The notes beneath the pieces are model-generated. The model was given only the letters and a program-made list of their open reading frames with translations, did no database searches and was not told the DNA's origin. From the IMG/VR virus record IMGVR_UViG_3300029267_002644: 64,000 nucleotides of DNA, one strand, 5' to 3'. Both the position numbers and the translations under genes were made by a program. The stretch is from an uncultured virus (IMG/VR IMGVR_UViG_3300029267_002644) (lineage: Duplodnaviria; Heunggongvirae; Uroviricota; Caudoviricetes). Positions 23,401 through 31,386 of this stretch are shown here, piece after piece (positions within the stretch are counted from its first letter, which is position 1; each line of letters starts with the position of its first letter).

Positions 23401-24318
23401 AGTAACGTTTGGTCTCTTCGAGGGAATATGACAGCTGTAAGAGGTTACCACATGGGTGCCGAACTAACAAATGATGTTTCTATGGTGGCTTGTGGAGATT
23501 ACAACCTTGCTCCAGGTTATACCAATACAGTTGAGAGATATATCAATTCTAGTAATTCTTGGTCGTCAAGAACAACTCATGTTCAAGCAAAACAAACAGA
23601 TGGTTTTGGTTTAACAACAGATAGTGCAATGGTTGCTTGCGGATATAACAATAGTTATTTAACTAATTGTCATAAATATTCAGACTCTGCAAATCTTTGG
23701 ACTACTAGAACAAGTCAATCGTACGGAGTAAATCATAATCCTGGTTTTGAGTTAACTACCAATTTAGCAGTGACAGCTACTGGAATGAGAAGTGGTGGAG
23801 CAACTAAATATTGTTATACATATAATGATTCAGCTAATACATGGACCGAAACCACTTCTACTGATTTACGAAGAAATGCTGCTGCGTTCTCAATTTCTGC
23901 AGATAGCGGAATGGTGACAACAGGAAATAATGATTCTGCAGCGGTTTATTCGAATAAATTATTTTCACACTCAGCGGGTTCATGGACAAGTAAAGTTAAT
24001 GGTGTTGAATCTAGAAATTTACAATCTGCCGGTAATCTCTCAGGAACAACAAATGGTTTAGCAGTTTCAGGGAGATTATATGGTGGGACATATCGAGATA
24101 CAGTTGAAAAATATTATCCAGCAGGAGACATTTGGACTAGAACATCATCATTTATATTGGGCGCAAATGGCGGAACAATCGGTACCGAAACTGTTGGTAT
24201 TGCTGGTGGCGCCTTTGTATCAGGCGGAAATGATGGAACTGGATTATTTAATAGTTCGGTTAAATTCATCAATCAAGAAACATCATTCTCAGGATTCGCA
24301 GTACAAACATTTTCATAA
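17413..24318 (+). CDS. Giant Kelch-like multi-beta-propeller protein 3 (7 propellers)
   Basis: 2301 aa of blade repeats with the shared scaffold motifs TYKHQ, IKSLVVSAL, PTFDL, RLKFNL, FSGFAVQ. Confidence 0.8.
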   Translation: MANAHDVNLYGYLQKDGTDLYGPLTQARLNATVNSMLAWRDSNRRDDFSIDQEGMYADILANAGDNYSPGIGGVEQVSMLDKIDGANYWTVRGYPNHIIYWIGAFGLGSDLGIQAGGYNSGSGRIGVCDRYQNSVDTWLVRTSLNYLRNSPGGAQLDTYRGLIFGGANGDAIGGMNQTERFDNTDNTWTNRGSLNTRRGYNNGFELTNDLCISCGGYNLSGGVRNECERYSDSANTWSNRTACANRREAGACSSFTSDMGSLFGGNNGSGSFTDFNELYSNAANTWTAKSTLHNTRTEGQGADQSSDTGFALGGYDQSIATYLSSIERFSISANEWTYRTNAPGRLYNGGAWNASSTKVLTSHNRIDFYNTMTFKDTPVTLSMDGGLSTETYKHQTPAVPYDPDTYQRVILTGDVTDTTTQIKSLVVSALYNQRDAVEMAGYWTLRNPSLPEKEAPGSFSLGTDGGISAGGRRPTGRITTTTKFSDSQNVWNSKSSFSLARSHIGGGIELTSDRGLIVGGNNGSSPYYVNNVDRFSNSANNWSSRTVYPDAIQHPAQFNLTTDLGMAAGGINGVSYVAVDNARRHSDSGNSWTTRTTLNQRMGYNSGFKLTDDKGISFVGYRESPSTLLTNQTELYSDSENSWTIKSKCPFAVYGAYGFELDTNLGLVGGGYSTSLKYLNYAYEFNAVKNTYTSKTEPSIVSTNLTGNFGLGTSTGCISTGESSTSNYNYDNYRFTNSEPMSISFPTFDLTLDGDDNDEHTFPVRDQELNTIVNLEDYYSTSKEYWTMRSGMIYDQQGMAFFALESTRALSSSGRNDTGGAIDFNTQRFDDTENVWIARTSTAAGSQKPASFALTSDIGLIATGNNGGGNFVLSSSTFTDSTNAFATRTNPNTACEARGIEQTSNLGFKANWYNGVDIKTSEQYNYSGNSWTNKSSQTELHSNCIAFGLDSDLGMMCGGYNGGSSFAKSCERYSDADNAWTFRANLPGSSTSYSGGYFGNGFNTSSVSGLGCGGYNGPGNECDHTAREYNDTTNNWTSKPDYSSVEYVNQPGTSTLTNPNGLLFGGQNGGGSLVTTSTRKYVSESVSAIPAPSGVWTQRTTNFADANGQTGFGLTTDRAIIAGGQNGGVTDDVGRYSNSADVWVSRAVLTDPRGSFGGFKLTENIGITCGGQNNSRATTVERYDDSKNTWSTRTGLTIGRNGCCGLELDSDMGICACGYNGSGNGWVDRYSNAANSWTSKTQATIFKHEAAGVGLTSDRAILYAGTDPNYKSSVTEKYSESADIWYFGVSSVDPSERAHGFSLGTDVCIKAGGSRSAPFSSYSNTVQSHTDSSNVWKTLPSINQRAGHGSAEFGSHMGLISGGYNGTGYPSGAERYQDAESPVLTETGYWTSRVSMAVPRSVAAGFDLTSNLGVIAGGYNVSAKLGTTERYSDTDNSWTSRTSFTEVRNNLGGFGLDSDLGIACGGNNNSNRTSAVDRYSDTGNSWTGRTSLSAVKQNNPAFGLTSDLGMVGGGESGGALNTTERYSDSGNSWTGRTNLNVARYASSAIQLDSDKGIISNGFNTTFLTTTDRYSDSGNSWTLRADQITRNGWTGAFEISSTTGLVAGGGNSYSSTTPEKYNDTDNTWSLKFSLNTIRTDTMGFSSSDGIIAGGNNGTRIGTTERYIDSVETPIVYGSVWTMRTTLGHARNTTAGCPLDTNEGIICGGYNGSNTIDDTDLFNDVDNTWTSKTAMNSARQKHACFGLTTNLAMAATGAYTQVSTERFSKSGDSWTARSSVSNGRELIPGCGLTSDKGVIAGGHDNDPGVNLPTGLTETYSDTGNSWTIRTSLTARASMGAFSLGDSDKGIFTGGMERPAGSWVWATTTERFSESGNSWTSRNGFNMEGNSSPTGSSLSASYGLAIGGQSPTGVRFDYTQKFSDTNNIWSTEKPITVGRSRGGAFYLGSDDKAVFAGGYTGSAAPQRTGMTERYTDVATAEAFVPRYKMRLKFNLPRDISNVWSLRGNMTAVRGYHMGAELTNDVSMVACGDYNLAPGYTNTVERYINSSNSWSSRTTHVQAKQTDGFGLTTDSAMVACGYNNSYLTNCHKYSDSANLWTTRTSQSYGVNHNPGFELTTNLAVTATGMRSGGATKYCYTYNDSANTWTETTSTDLRRNAAAFSISADSGMVTTGNNDSAAVYSNKLFSHSAGSWTSKVNGVESRNLQSAGNLSGTTNGLAVSGRLYGGTYRDTVEKYYPAGDIWTRTSSFILGANGGTIGTETVGIAGGAFVSGGNDGTGLFNSSVKFINQETSFSGFAVQTFS

Positions 24319-24346
24319 AGAGTAATAACACAACGGAGGAACAGTA

Positions 24347-26521
24347 ATGGCGCTTTACAAATACATTACAGAACAGGCTGCATTTTATGATGACAAAAAG
24401 GGTGTAGCTGACAACGCCGTTAATCGGTTTAATGTCACAGGTTATGACGAGGAAGGTGATTGGGCGAATCCGTATACAGTAGAGGGTGAACATGAATATA
24501 ATGCAGTTGTGACTGGTAGCGCGAAGGACGATTCTTCACCTCTTACAATTAGCGCAGGTTCATTTACGATTTCTGATGGAACAGATGTTGCAACAATTGC
24601 GTTGACTGGTTCTGAAACAACTATTGAAGATGTAATGGAAGCCATTAATTCCGAACTGGTTAGTGAGGGTACAACGATCAACGTTGAATCCCACAAGAAG
24701 GAGTTTCCTGATGGATCAAACGATAGTTTCTTAGTCCTCCGTTCTACAGGAACCCCAGGAACTTCTGACGAAATTACAATTGCTACAACCACTGCGACTC
24801 TGTCTGATTTCGGTCTGACAGCAGGAACAACAAATGGGACAAAACCAGATGTAACAATGCAGGACAAAAGATATCTTGGTGGTGAATTTCTTACAACAAA
24901 TGAAATAGCAAACCCTGATCTCCCAAGAATTACTGTCACTACAATAGAAGAAGAGATCAAAAACGTTAGTCTTATTCAAAATGGATATACCCAAGATGAT
25001 ATAGACGATGGTGTAGTTCCAGCTACTATCATTGATACAACTTCAACTTTTGTTGAGACCGTTTTTGATTCTACATCTGTTACTCCAATTTCAACATTTC
25101 AAAATAGTAGTGGCGCACACCTGTATAAAGAAGGTAAAATAGCAACCGAATTCAAACATGCAAATGAAGAAACTGTAGGCGCTGTTTGTGGAATAGCTTC
25201 AGGAACAATGGATAGTATATTAGAGATAACTGCTATTCAAGGTAACTACAATTATACAATCAATTTAAATGGAGTGACTCTTGGTTCCCTCGAAGAGAGT
25301 GTTCCCGTTCCTGATCGTTTAAATGCAGCAAGAGTAGTTGGTTCAGATGTAAATGAATCAGGTCTCTCAATTACTGCAGGTTCATTCACAATTTCAGATG
25401 GTGTTAATACAGCTACTATAACTCTTGATGGTTCAGAATCTTCCCTATATGATATCCGACCAAAAATTATGTCAGCTATGTTGAATGCTTCTCCTGGTCA
25501 AATCTTCTTTGATGTAAACATATTAGGCGGGGCAATAGAACAAAACCACTTTGAAATTATATCTCAGAAATATCAAGGAACTCCAGATGAAATCACAATA
25601 GCTGAAACAACTGCAGATGTATCTGATTTTGGTCTTGCTACAGGAACAACAAACGCAACTGTAGCAGAAACATTTGATGATCAAGTCGTTCAACATTATG
25701 CTGACGCAAGTCTTGTTGGAACCACAATCACAGTTGATATGGTTGATGGAGTTACAACTAATGGGCAAATTGCTGATGCTCTTAAAACAATCTCAACAAT
25801 CGACACGGTTGAATTAGCATCCGGAGATGTTGAAGATTGGATGAATGTTTGGACGCTTGGAGCAGGAACAGATACTGTAAACCTAACAGGTGGTTCATTT
25901 GCTTATACATTCACGGATGAATTTGGTATTCTTGAACCAACAGGGACTGTCTCTGACGAAGACGATGCAACCCTCCTTATATATGATGATACTACATTAA
26001 TTGCTTACGCGGATGAAAATGGCGACTTACAAGATAAGGGGTCATATTTAGATAGCGGTGAAACCAATACAGTAAATTATAGCACTGGAGTAGTCCAGTT
26101 TACTCTTGATTATGCTCCTTCCACTCCTCTTATAACAATTACATATCAATCACTAACCGGCGCAGCATCCGCTTGGAAATATGAACCAGTATCGACAACT
26201 ACAGAAGAACGAGCTGCAGATGCTACTAATCTTGATAAACACATTGAAGATGTTTTAGCTGCATCTAAAGCATTTGGTGCATCATTAGTTGATGAATTTA
26301 CTACAGAAAACGTTCTAATGGGCATTACAGCATCTGGACAAACAAATGCTGTCAGAAAAGCATTATATGAAACCTGGCAAGCTATAGAAACAGGTTCCCT
26401 ACATGATGCTATATATGAAGCGGAACAAGTTACAAGAACGTCACCATTCTTAACTGAGACAAGATTAAGAGCATTTATTAACGAACTGGAATCCTACTTG
26501 GGTTTACCACTTTCGTCTTAA
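24347..26521 (+). CDS. Acidic beta-rich structural partner protein B (paralog of 10909..12687, with an extra duplicated domain)
   Basis: SD ggagg; two copies of AGSFTISDG...DEITIA...SDFGL.GTTN; C-terminus shared with partner A. Confidence 0.65.
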   Translation: MALYKYITEQAAFYDDKKGVADNAVNRFNVTGYDEEGDWANPYTVEGEHEYNAVVTGSAKDDSSPLTISAGSFTISDGTDVATIALTGSETTIEDVMEAINSELVSEGTTINVESHKKEFPDGSNDSFLVLRSTGTPGTSDEITIATTTATLSDFGLTAGTTNGTKPDVTMQDKRYLGGEFLTTNEIANPDLPRITVTTIEEEIKNVSLIQNGYTQDDIDDGVVPATIIDTTSTFVETVFDSTSVTPISTFQNSSGAHLYKEGKIATEFKHANEETVGAVCGIASGTMDSILEITAIQGNYNYTINLNGVTLGSLEESVPVPDRLNAARVVGSDVNESGLSITAGSFTISDGVNTATITLDGSESSLYDIRPKIMSAMLNASPGQIFFDVNILGGAIEQNHFEIISQKYQGTPDEITIAETTADVSDFGLATGTTNATVAETFDDQVVQHYADASLVGTTITVDMVDGVTTNGQIADALKTISTIDTVELASGDVEDWMNVWTLGAGTDTVNLTGGSFAYTFTDEFGILEPTGTVSDEDDATLLIYDDTTLIAYADENGDLQDKGSYLDSGETNTVNYSTGVVQFTLDYAPSTPLITITYQSLTGAASAWKYEPVSTTTEERAADATNLDKHIEDVLAASKAFGASLVDEFTTENVLMGITASGQTNAVRKALYETWQAIETGSLHDAIYEAEQVTRTSPFLTETRLRAFINELESYLGLPLSS

Positions 26522-26545
26522 GATGTATAGGGAGATTAAAACGAC

Positions 26546-26839
26546 ATGATCACTGATCCGGGCAAACTTGCACAAAGATTTTTAAACGAGCTTAAAAATT
26601 CTGAGGATACTGTCGAAGCATTAGTTCAATTTATGGAGGTTCTCGAAAATAAGCCGGATCCTGAAATGACAGAGGTACGTTTAGTTGCTAATATAACTAA
26701 CCTGTTAGAATTGTTGAGATCAACCGAACAAAATATTAGGAGTTATGTTAGAGAGTCTAATGAAGATCTCCCTTCAAGTAAATTATCGTCTTTGTATGAT
26801 GATCTTACAAGCGATGGAGGTAGTATTTATAGAGATTAA
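26546..26839 (+). CDS. Hypothetical helical protein
   Basis: SD ggag, 97 aa. Confidence 0.55.
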   Translation: MITDPGKLAQRFLNELKNSEDTVEALVQFMEVLENKPDPEMTEVRLVANITNLLELLRSTEQNIRSYVRESNEDLPSSKLSSLYDDLTSDGGSIYRD

Positions 26840-26850
26840 AGAGGTGAAAA

Positions 26851-27342
26851 ATGAAAGATTTGGAAAAAACATTGCCCGGAGCACCAAGTTTTAAATATAA
26901 AGAATTTGTTAGGTCTAATACTGCTCAACGTAAAGGAATCGATAACATACCAGGAACAACAGAATGGAAACGCCTAGAAGCGTTAGCCAAAAATGTTCTC
27001 CAACCACTACGAAATGCACTCGGTCCTATTAGAATTACAAGTGGTTATCGATCTCCAGAGTTAAATGTTGCTATTGGTGGTAGTCCGACTAGTAATCATT
27101 GTAGGGGAGAAGCATCTGATATTGAACCTGCGAAAGATCAAGTTAGTTTAGTTGACATTATTGAATGGCTGGTTAAGAATGTAGAATTCAGAACAGCGAT
27201 TCTTGAGTATGCACCAGATGGGTGGGTACATGTTGACTACCGAGAAGGTGGTAATACAAAGAAGATTAAGTTAAAAGACAAAAAACATAACTATTCTACA
27301 GTCTCCCTCGATGAAATAAAGAAACTATATCCTAATACGTAG
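26851..27342 (+). CDS. Peptidase M15A-type zinc peptidase (candidate endolysin)
   Basis: ITSGYRSPELN..IGGSPTSNHCRGEASDI and WVHV motifs. Confidence 0.88.
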   Translation: MKDLEKTLPGAPSFKYKEFVRSNTAQRKGIDNIPGTTEWKRLEALAKNVLQPLRNALGPIRITSGYRSPELNVAIGGSPTSNHCRGEASDIEPAKDQVSLVDIIEWLVKNVEFRTAILEYAPDGWVHVDYREGGNTKKIKLKDKKHNYSTVSLDEIKKLYPNT

Positions 27343-27353
27343 GGGGATCAGAT

Positions 27354-27848
27354 ATGTCAGGAGATACAGGCGCGTTTGACCGAGACGACCTTTTTCTTCT
27401 TCTCGAAGCCTATAAGAACCAAATTGAGTCCAATCAAACTTTGTTGGAACAACAAGGAAAAATTATAGAACAACATAATGATATTTTAGACAAACAAAAA
27501 CAAGTTTGCGCTAAACTCAGTAAAGTTCTTGAAGAAATAGGAAATCATACGAAGGAGATTGATCAATCACATATTAAGTTGTCAGACAAAATAGGAGAAT
27601 GCGCAAAGACCTTCGACGATTCGTGTGATGATTTAAAGGACAAAATTAGCAGTGTAAATACTTGTATTGTTGACAAACGAGTTGATTGTATGAAAGATCA
27701 CAATAAACTCAACATAAGATTATATGTAATTTATGGTGGCATTACAGTTACCATTGTAACTCTTCTTACCTTATTATATAATGCATATGAAAAGTTGGGT
27801 ATTATACGAGCAATTGCTACCCACATGGGAATTGAAATTGGGGGTTAA
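27354..27848 (+). CDS. Coiled-coil protein with a C-terminal transmembrane helix (holin/antiholin-like candidate)
   Basis: Heptad N-terminal region; LYVIYGGITVTIVTLLTLLY; adjacent to the M15 peptidase. Confidence 0.5.
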   Translation: MSGDTGAFDRDDLFLLLEAYKNQIESNQTLLEQQGKIIEQHNDILDKQKQVCAKLSKVLEEIGNHTKEIDQSHIKLSDKIGECAKTFDDSCDDLKDKISSVNTCIVDKRVDCMKDHNKLNIRLYVIYGGITVTIVTLLTLLYNAYEKLGIIRAIATHMGIEIGG

Positions 27849-27850
27849 GT

Positions 27851-28783
27851 ATGTCAGAATTTGCAGGCTTGGATATAGTTATTTTAGATGATGATAAAGA
27901 TTCACTCAACATGATGTGTGGAATCATCAAAACAGAACTTCCAGACTGCAATGTTTACGGTTTTGAGTCAACATCTGACCCAGAATATATTGAATTATTA
28001 GAAAGAGTTTATATCAATTTGTTTATTATTGATGTTGTTCTAGACCAACAAAATGGTAAGAGAGTTGGAGAAGAGCTTAGTGAGCGTTTTCAGAGATCAA
28101 CATTTTTATTTGTCTCTGGTTATGATTATTCTTTTGAGGATTTTCAAGATTTACGATGTGATTGTGTGTATGATTTTGCACAAAAACCATTCGAAACAAG
28201 AATATTCATAAACAGAATCAAAATTCTCTTAAAAGTAGCAAAAACACAAAAGAAGATTTATACAAAACTAGCGTGTTATGAGGAAGAACTTTCTAATGTA
28301 TCCGGCGCATTGATCAACTCATTATGGCAGTTATTTAACTATTCTAATTTTTACGTGCTTGCTTTAAATGAACATATGGAAATTATTCTTGCTAATTATT
28401 ATCTAGCAAGAGCTTTGGGATTCAATTCTGAAGATAATATAGTTGGCGAGAATTGGCTAAACTTTATTTCTGAAAGCGACAAAGCAATTATAAAACATAT
28501 ACATACACAGATCGCTCATGATAGAGATCTAAAAACGTTTCGCGAACATGTAAATGATATTATTAGTCTGAATTCAAAAGTGATACCAGTCAGATGGTTT
28601 AATTCAAATATCAACCAAGGTTTAAAGGGAACTTTTAGTGTTGGAGTACCAGTTGCTGAAGACGTCTCAAAAGAAGAAAGTGTAGATACTGTGAGAGCAT
28701 ATTGGAGGGATATCATAGAAACAGATAAAACTACTATTCGGGCGATGAAAAATATTTTGGAAAAGAAGGTTAAACAGGAGTAA
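27851..28783 (+). CDS. Response-regulator receiver (REC) plus PAS-like domain protein
   Basis: ILDDD, FIIDVVL, FVSGY, AQKPF; then LALNEHMEIILAN...LGF...IVGENWLNFI...VRWFNS. Confidence 0.82.
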   Translation: MSEFAGLDIVILDDDKDSLNMMCGIIKTELPDCNVYGFESTSDPEYIELLERVYINLFIIDVVLDQQNGKRVGEELSERFQRSTFLFVSGYDYSFEDFQDLRCDCVYDFAQKPFETRIFINRIKILLKVAKTQKKIYTKLACYEEELSNVSGALINSLWQLFNYSNFYVLALNEHMEIILANYYLARALGFNSEDNIVGENWLNFISESDKAIIKHIHTQIAHDRDLKTFREHVNDIISLNSKVIPVRWFNSNINQGLKGTFSVGVPVAEDVSKEESVDTVRAYWRDIIETDKTTIRAMKNILEKKVKQE

Positions 28784-28788
28784 TATGA

Positions 28789-29253
28789 ATGTTACGAGAC
28801 ACGATACCTGGACGCCGTGGTGGATCAGGCAACTTTACGCAAGATTCAAATGGAATACTCTTGTTTTACGACAATTCTAGGACTAGATGGATAAGTGTAA
28901 CGAGACAATTTGTTTCATTTGGACTCAAGAATCGCAATATTAGTGATTCACGTTGGATGCAAGTAACTGGTGATGCATATAGCCTCAACACCGGTTATCG
29001 ACTTCCCCGCAATGCGATTCTTACCAGCCTTACAGTTCAAACACAAAACAATGTTTCTAATTGTGCTTTTCGTCTTAGAAGAAATGGAGTAGCCTCCAAC
29101 ATCGCGTCGCTGACTCTAGTAGGTCAAGATGCGAATACGTTAGATAATTTGAATGTCGACTTAGATGCTGGAGATTGGTTACAAGTATATTTAGAAATAA
29201 CTTCTGGTAATGTAGATCATCCAGAACTTCTACTTGAATTAGCATGGAGGTAA
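28789..29253 (+). CDS. Beta-sandwich structural protein (paralog of the C-terminal domains of 29261 and 30553)
   Basis: LFYDNSRTRWIS...GYRLPRNA...AGDWLQVY...ELAWR. Confidence 0.6.
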   Translation: MLRDTIPGRRGGSGNFTQDSNGILLFYDNSRTRWISVTRQFVSFGLKNRNISDSRWMQVTGDAYSLNTGYRLPRNAILTSLTVQTQNNVSNCAFRLRRNGVASNIASLTLVGQDANTLDNLNVDLDAGDWLQVYLEITSGNVDHPELLLELAWR

Positions 29254-29260
29254 TTAAATC

Positions 29261-30532
29261 ATGGCTGTTATGTGGACACTAATTATCAAAAACAATGGTG
29301 GTAGTCCAATCACTATTGAAGATCTTGGTATTACTGTTCCTGCATCTTCACAAATCACTTTTTCAGATCAATTTGAATATCAAGAAATTGCTAGTTCAGA
29401 TGATCTGCGTGATGAAGTAAATAGCGGGAACCTTGTTGTTAACGATGGCTCAAGTGACTTGAGTTCAGCAAATGGGGTTTTGTATCTCACTCTGTACAAC
29501 GCAAAAGAAACTGCAGATGAATTTTATACACAAACGGCTCTACAAACAAGTGGACAATCATCTGTACATTGGGACAATATCACCAATGCTCCTTCATTCG
29601 GTGCTGTATCTTGGAAAGAACCAGTAGAAGCTAGAGCCAGAACAATTGCTGCTTCTCCACCGGGAACTCCTGCAGTAGGAGACTTTTATATTGATTCAGG
29701 TGACAACCATCTATATAAATATAGCGGCACTTGGGACGACCAAGGTGCCCCGACATCAGGTGATCGAGCCATTGTTCTTGATTCGACCGCTCAAATGATT
29801 TACGAATGGAGTGGATCGAGTTGGGATGCTCAAACAGACAATGAAGATGGCGACGCCGTAATGGTCAATGATGATGGCGACGGAAAACAAGCACAGTATG
29901 TGTATGATTTTGGTACACTCGCTTGGGTCAAAATCGCAGACATCGATTACGGTGAACCGAATGATTTAGATGGTGCATATGATCAAGGTGGTGCAGGTGC
30001 TGGCAGAAGCATTACTGCTGATTCTGGCGCTGTAAAAATTGACACAGCATCAGCAACTAACGCGCCGATTGAATTAACACAGAAATCATCACTGCCGACT
30101 ACAGGTCTTGCAGCTGGTCAGTTAGCTGTTAAAGATGGAATTCTATTCATCTATGACGGAACCAGAAGTAAGTGGCTCAGTGTTGAAAGATTATATTTAG
30201 TATTTGGAAGACGTGGTAATACAAGTAACCAATACTTATCATATAGCGCTGGAAGGTTACCATCCAATAACAGTGGTTTACGTATTCCAAGAGATGCTTG
30301 TGTTGTGGCAATGAGCGCACAATTAGATGCATCTGGCACAGCAAATATGAGATTGAGACGCAATGATAGTGCATCTAATATTTCGACTCTAGCAATTAGT
30401 GCTGCTCTTGGAGCACATGATACTTCATTGGATATTAATCTATCAGCAGGCGACTTCCTACAAATGTATAGTGACAATGCTTCATCTGTACAAGACCCAA
30501 TGGTTATCGTAGAAATAGCGTACAGAGCGTAA
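29261..30532 (+). CDS. Fibre-like structural protein
   Basis: N-terminal IKNN...IEDLGI...VNDG..DLS domain; WKEPV, GDFYID; C-terminal beta-sandwich ending EIAYRA. Confidence 0.6.
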   Translation: MAVMWTLIIKNNGGSPITIEDLGITVPASSQITFSDQFEYQEIASSDDLRDEVNSGNLVVNDGSSDLSSANGVLYLTLYNAKETADEFYTQTALQTSGQSSVHWDNITNAPSFGAVSWKEPVEARARTIAASPPGTPAVGDFYIDSGDNHLYKYSGTWDDQGAPTSGDRAIVLDSTAQMIYEWSGSSWDAQTDNEDGDAVMVNDDGDGKQAQYVYDFGTLAWVKIADIDYGEPNDLDGAYDQGGAGAGRSITADSGAVKIDTASATNAPIELTQKSSLPTTGLAAGQLAVKDGILFIYDGTRSKWLSVERLYLVFGRRGNTSNQYLSYSAGRLPSNNSGLRIPRDACVVAMSAQLDASGTANMRLRRNDSASNISTLAISAALGAHDTSLDINLSAGDFLQMYSDNASSVQDPMVIVEIAYRA

Positions 30533-30552
30533 TTAACTAAGGAGATCATTCT

Positions 30553-31386
30553 GTGGCACAAACAACGATCGCGAAAAATAACACAGGGTCCGCTGTGAGT
30601 GTAGAAGATCTGGGAATTGAGATTCCTGGGTCAGGACAGAGGATTCTATCTGATACGTTCTCAGAAAGCGAAATCTGTGAATCGCAAGATCTCAAGACCC
30701 TCGTCGGTGATTCGACATTTACAATTAATGACGGATCCAACGATTTAAGTGTAGCAGATGGTCTAGAACATATAAGATGTAAAGGTGAAGGTGGTGGTGT
30801 CTATTATGATGCCACTACCTTCGTCCCCCACACCCTCTCTGATCATTTAGATGTTTCAGGGACATCACCAGATGACAAATATGGCTTAACATATAATGCA
30901 CAAACTGGACTATGGGAACCGCAAACAAGAGATGTTAATACAGGTGATGTTGCACCAGATTCTACTGCTGTTGTATGGATTCCGCCAGAAGACAGGATGC
31001 CATTCTTCTATGATCCTCTCAGGGGTGAGTGGTTATCAATTTCAAGACATTATTACACATTTAACAGATCTGGAAATGTTGATGGCTCTTATCTTGCGGT
31101 TGGTGGTTGGTATAGTGTTGACTTTTTCTATATCCCAAATCCAGTAAAAATCACAGCGGTCTTTTGTCGAATTTACAGTGGGAATAATAATAAGACTTTC
31201 TCATTGAGAAATAATAGCACGGAAATTTTTAATTTCAATATGGGAGGGTCAAGAACCTACGCCGACAATGATGCTGATTTTGACATTGAGGGAGGTACAG
31301 TTTTGCGGTGTTATGTTTCTGGTTCAGGTAGTAGTGTCAGAAATCCAAGTGTTCAATTGATTGCGTCGTGGAGGTATACGGGATAA
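30553..31386 (+). CDS. Fibre-like structural protein
   Basis: GTG start with SD aggag; same N- and C-terminal domains as 29261. Confidence 0.6.
   Translation: MAQTTIAKNNTGSAVSVEDLGIEIPGSGQRILSDTFSESEICESQDLKTLVGDSTFTINDGSNDLSVADGLEHIRCKGEGGGVYYDATTFVPHTLSDHLDVSGTSPDDKYGLTYNAQTGLWEPQTRDVNTGDVAPDSTAVVWIPPEDRMPFFYDPLRGEWLSISRHYYTFNRSGNVDGSYLAVGGWYSVDFFYIPNPVKITAVFCRIYSGNNNKTFSLRNNSTEIFNFNMGGSRTYADNDADFDIEGGTVLRCYVSGSGSSVRNPSVQLIASWRYTG

Noticed and set aside
2..24318. Diversity-generating retroelement acting on the propeller genes
   Set aside because: No reverse transcriptase in the window and no template/variable pair differing only at adenines was seen; short DNA matches such as agatattctgatacaggtaatagttggac reflect blade repeats.
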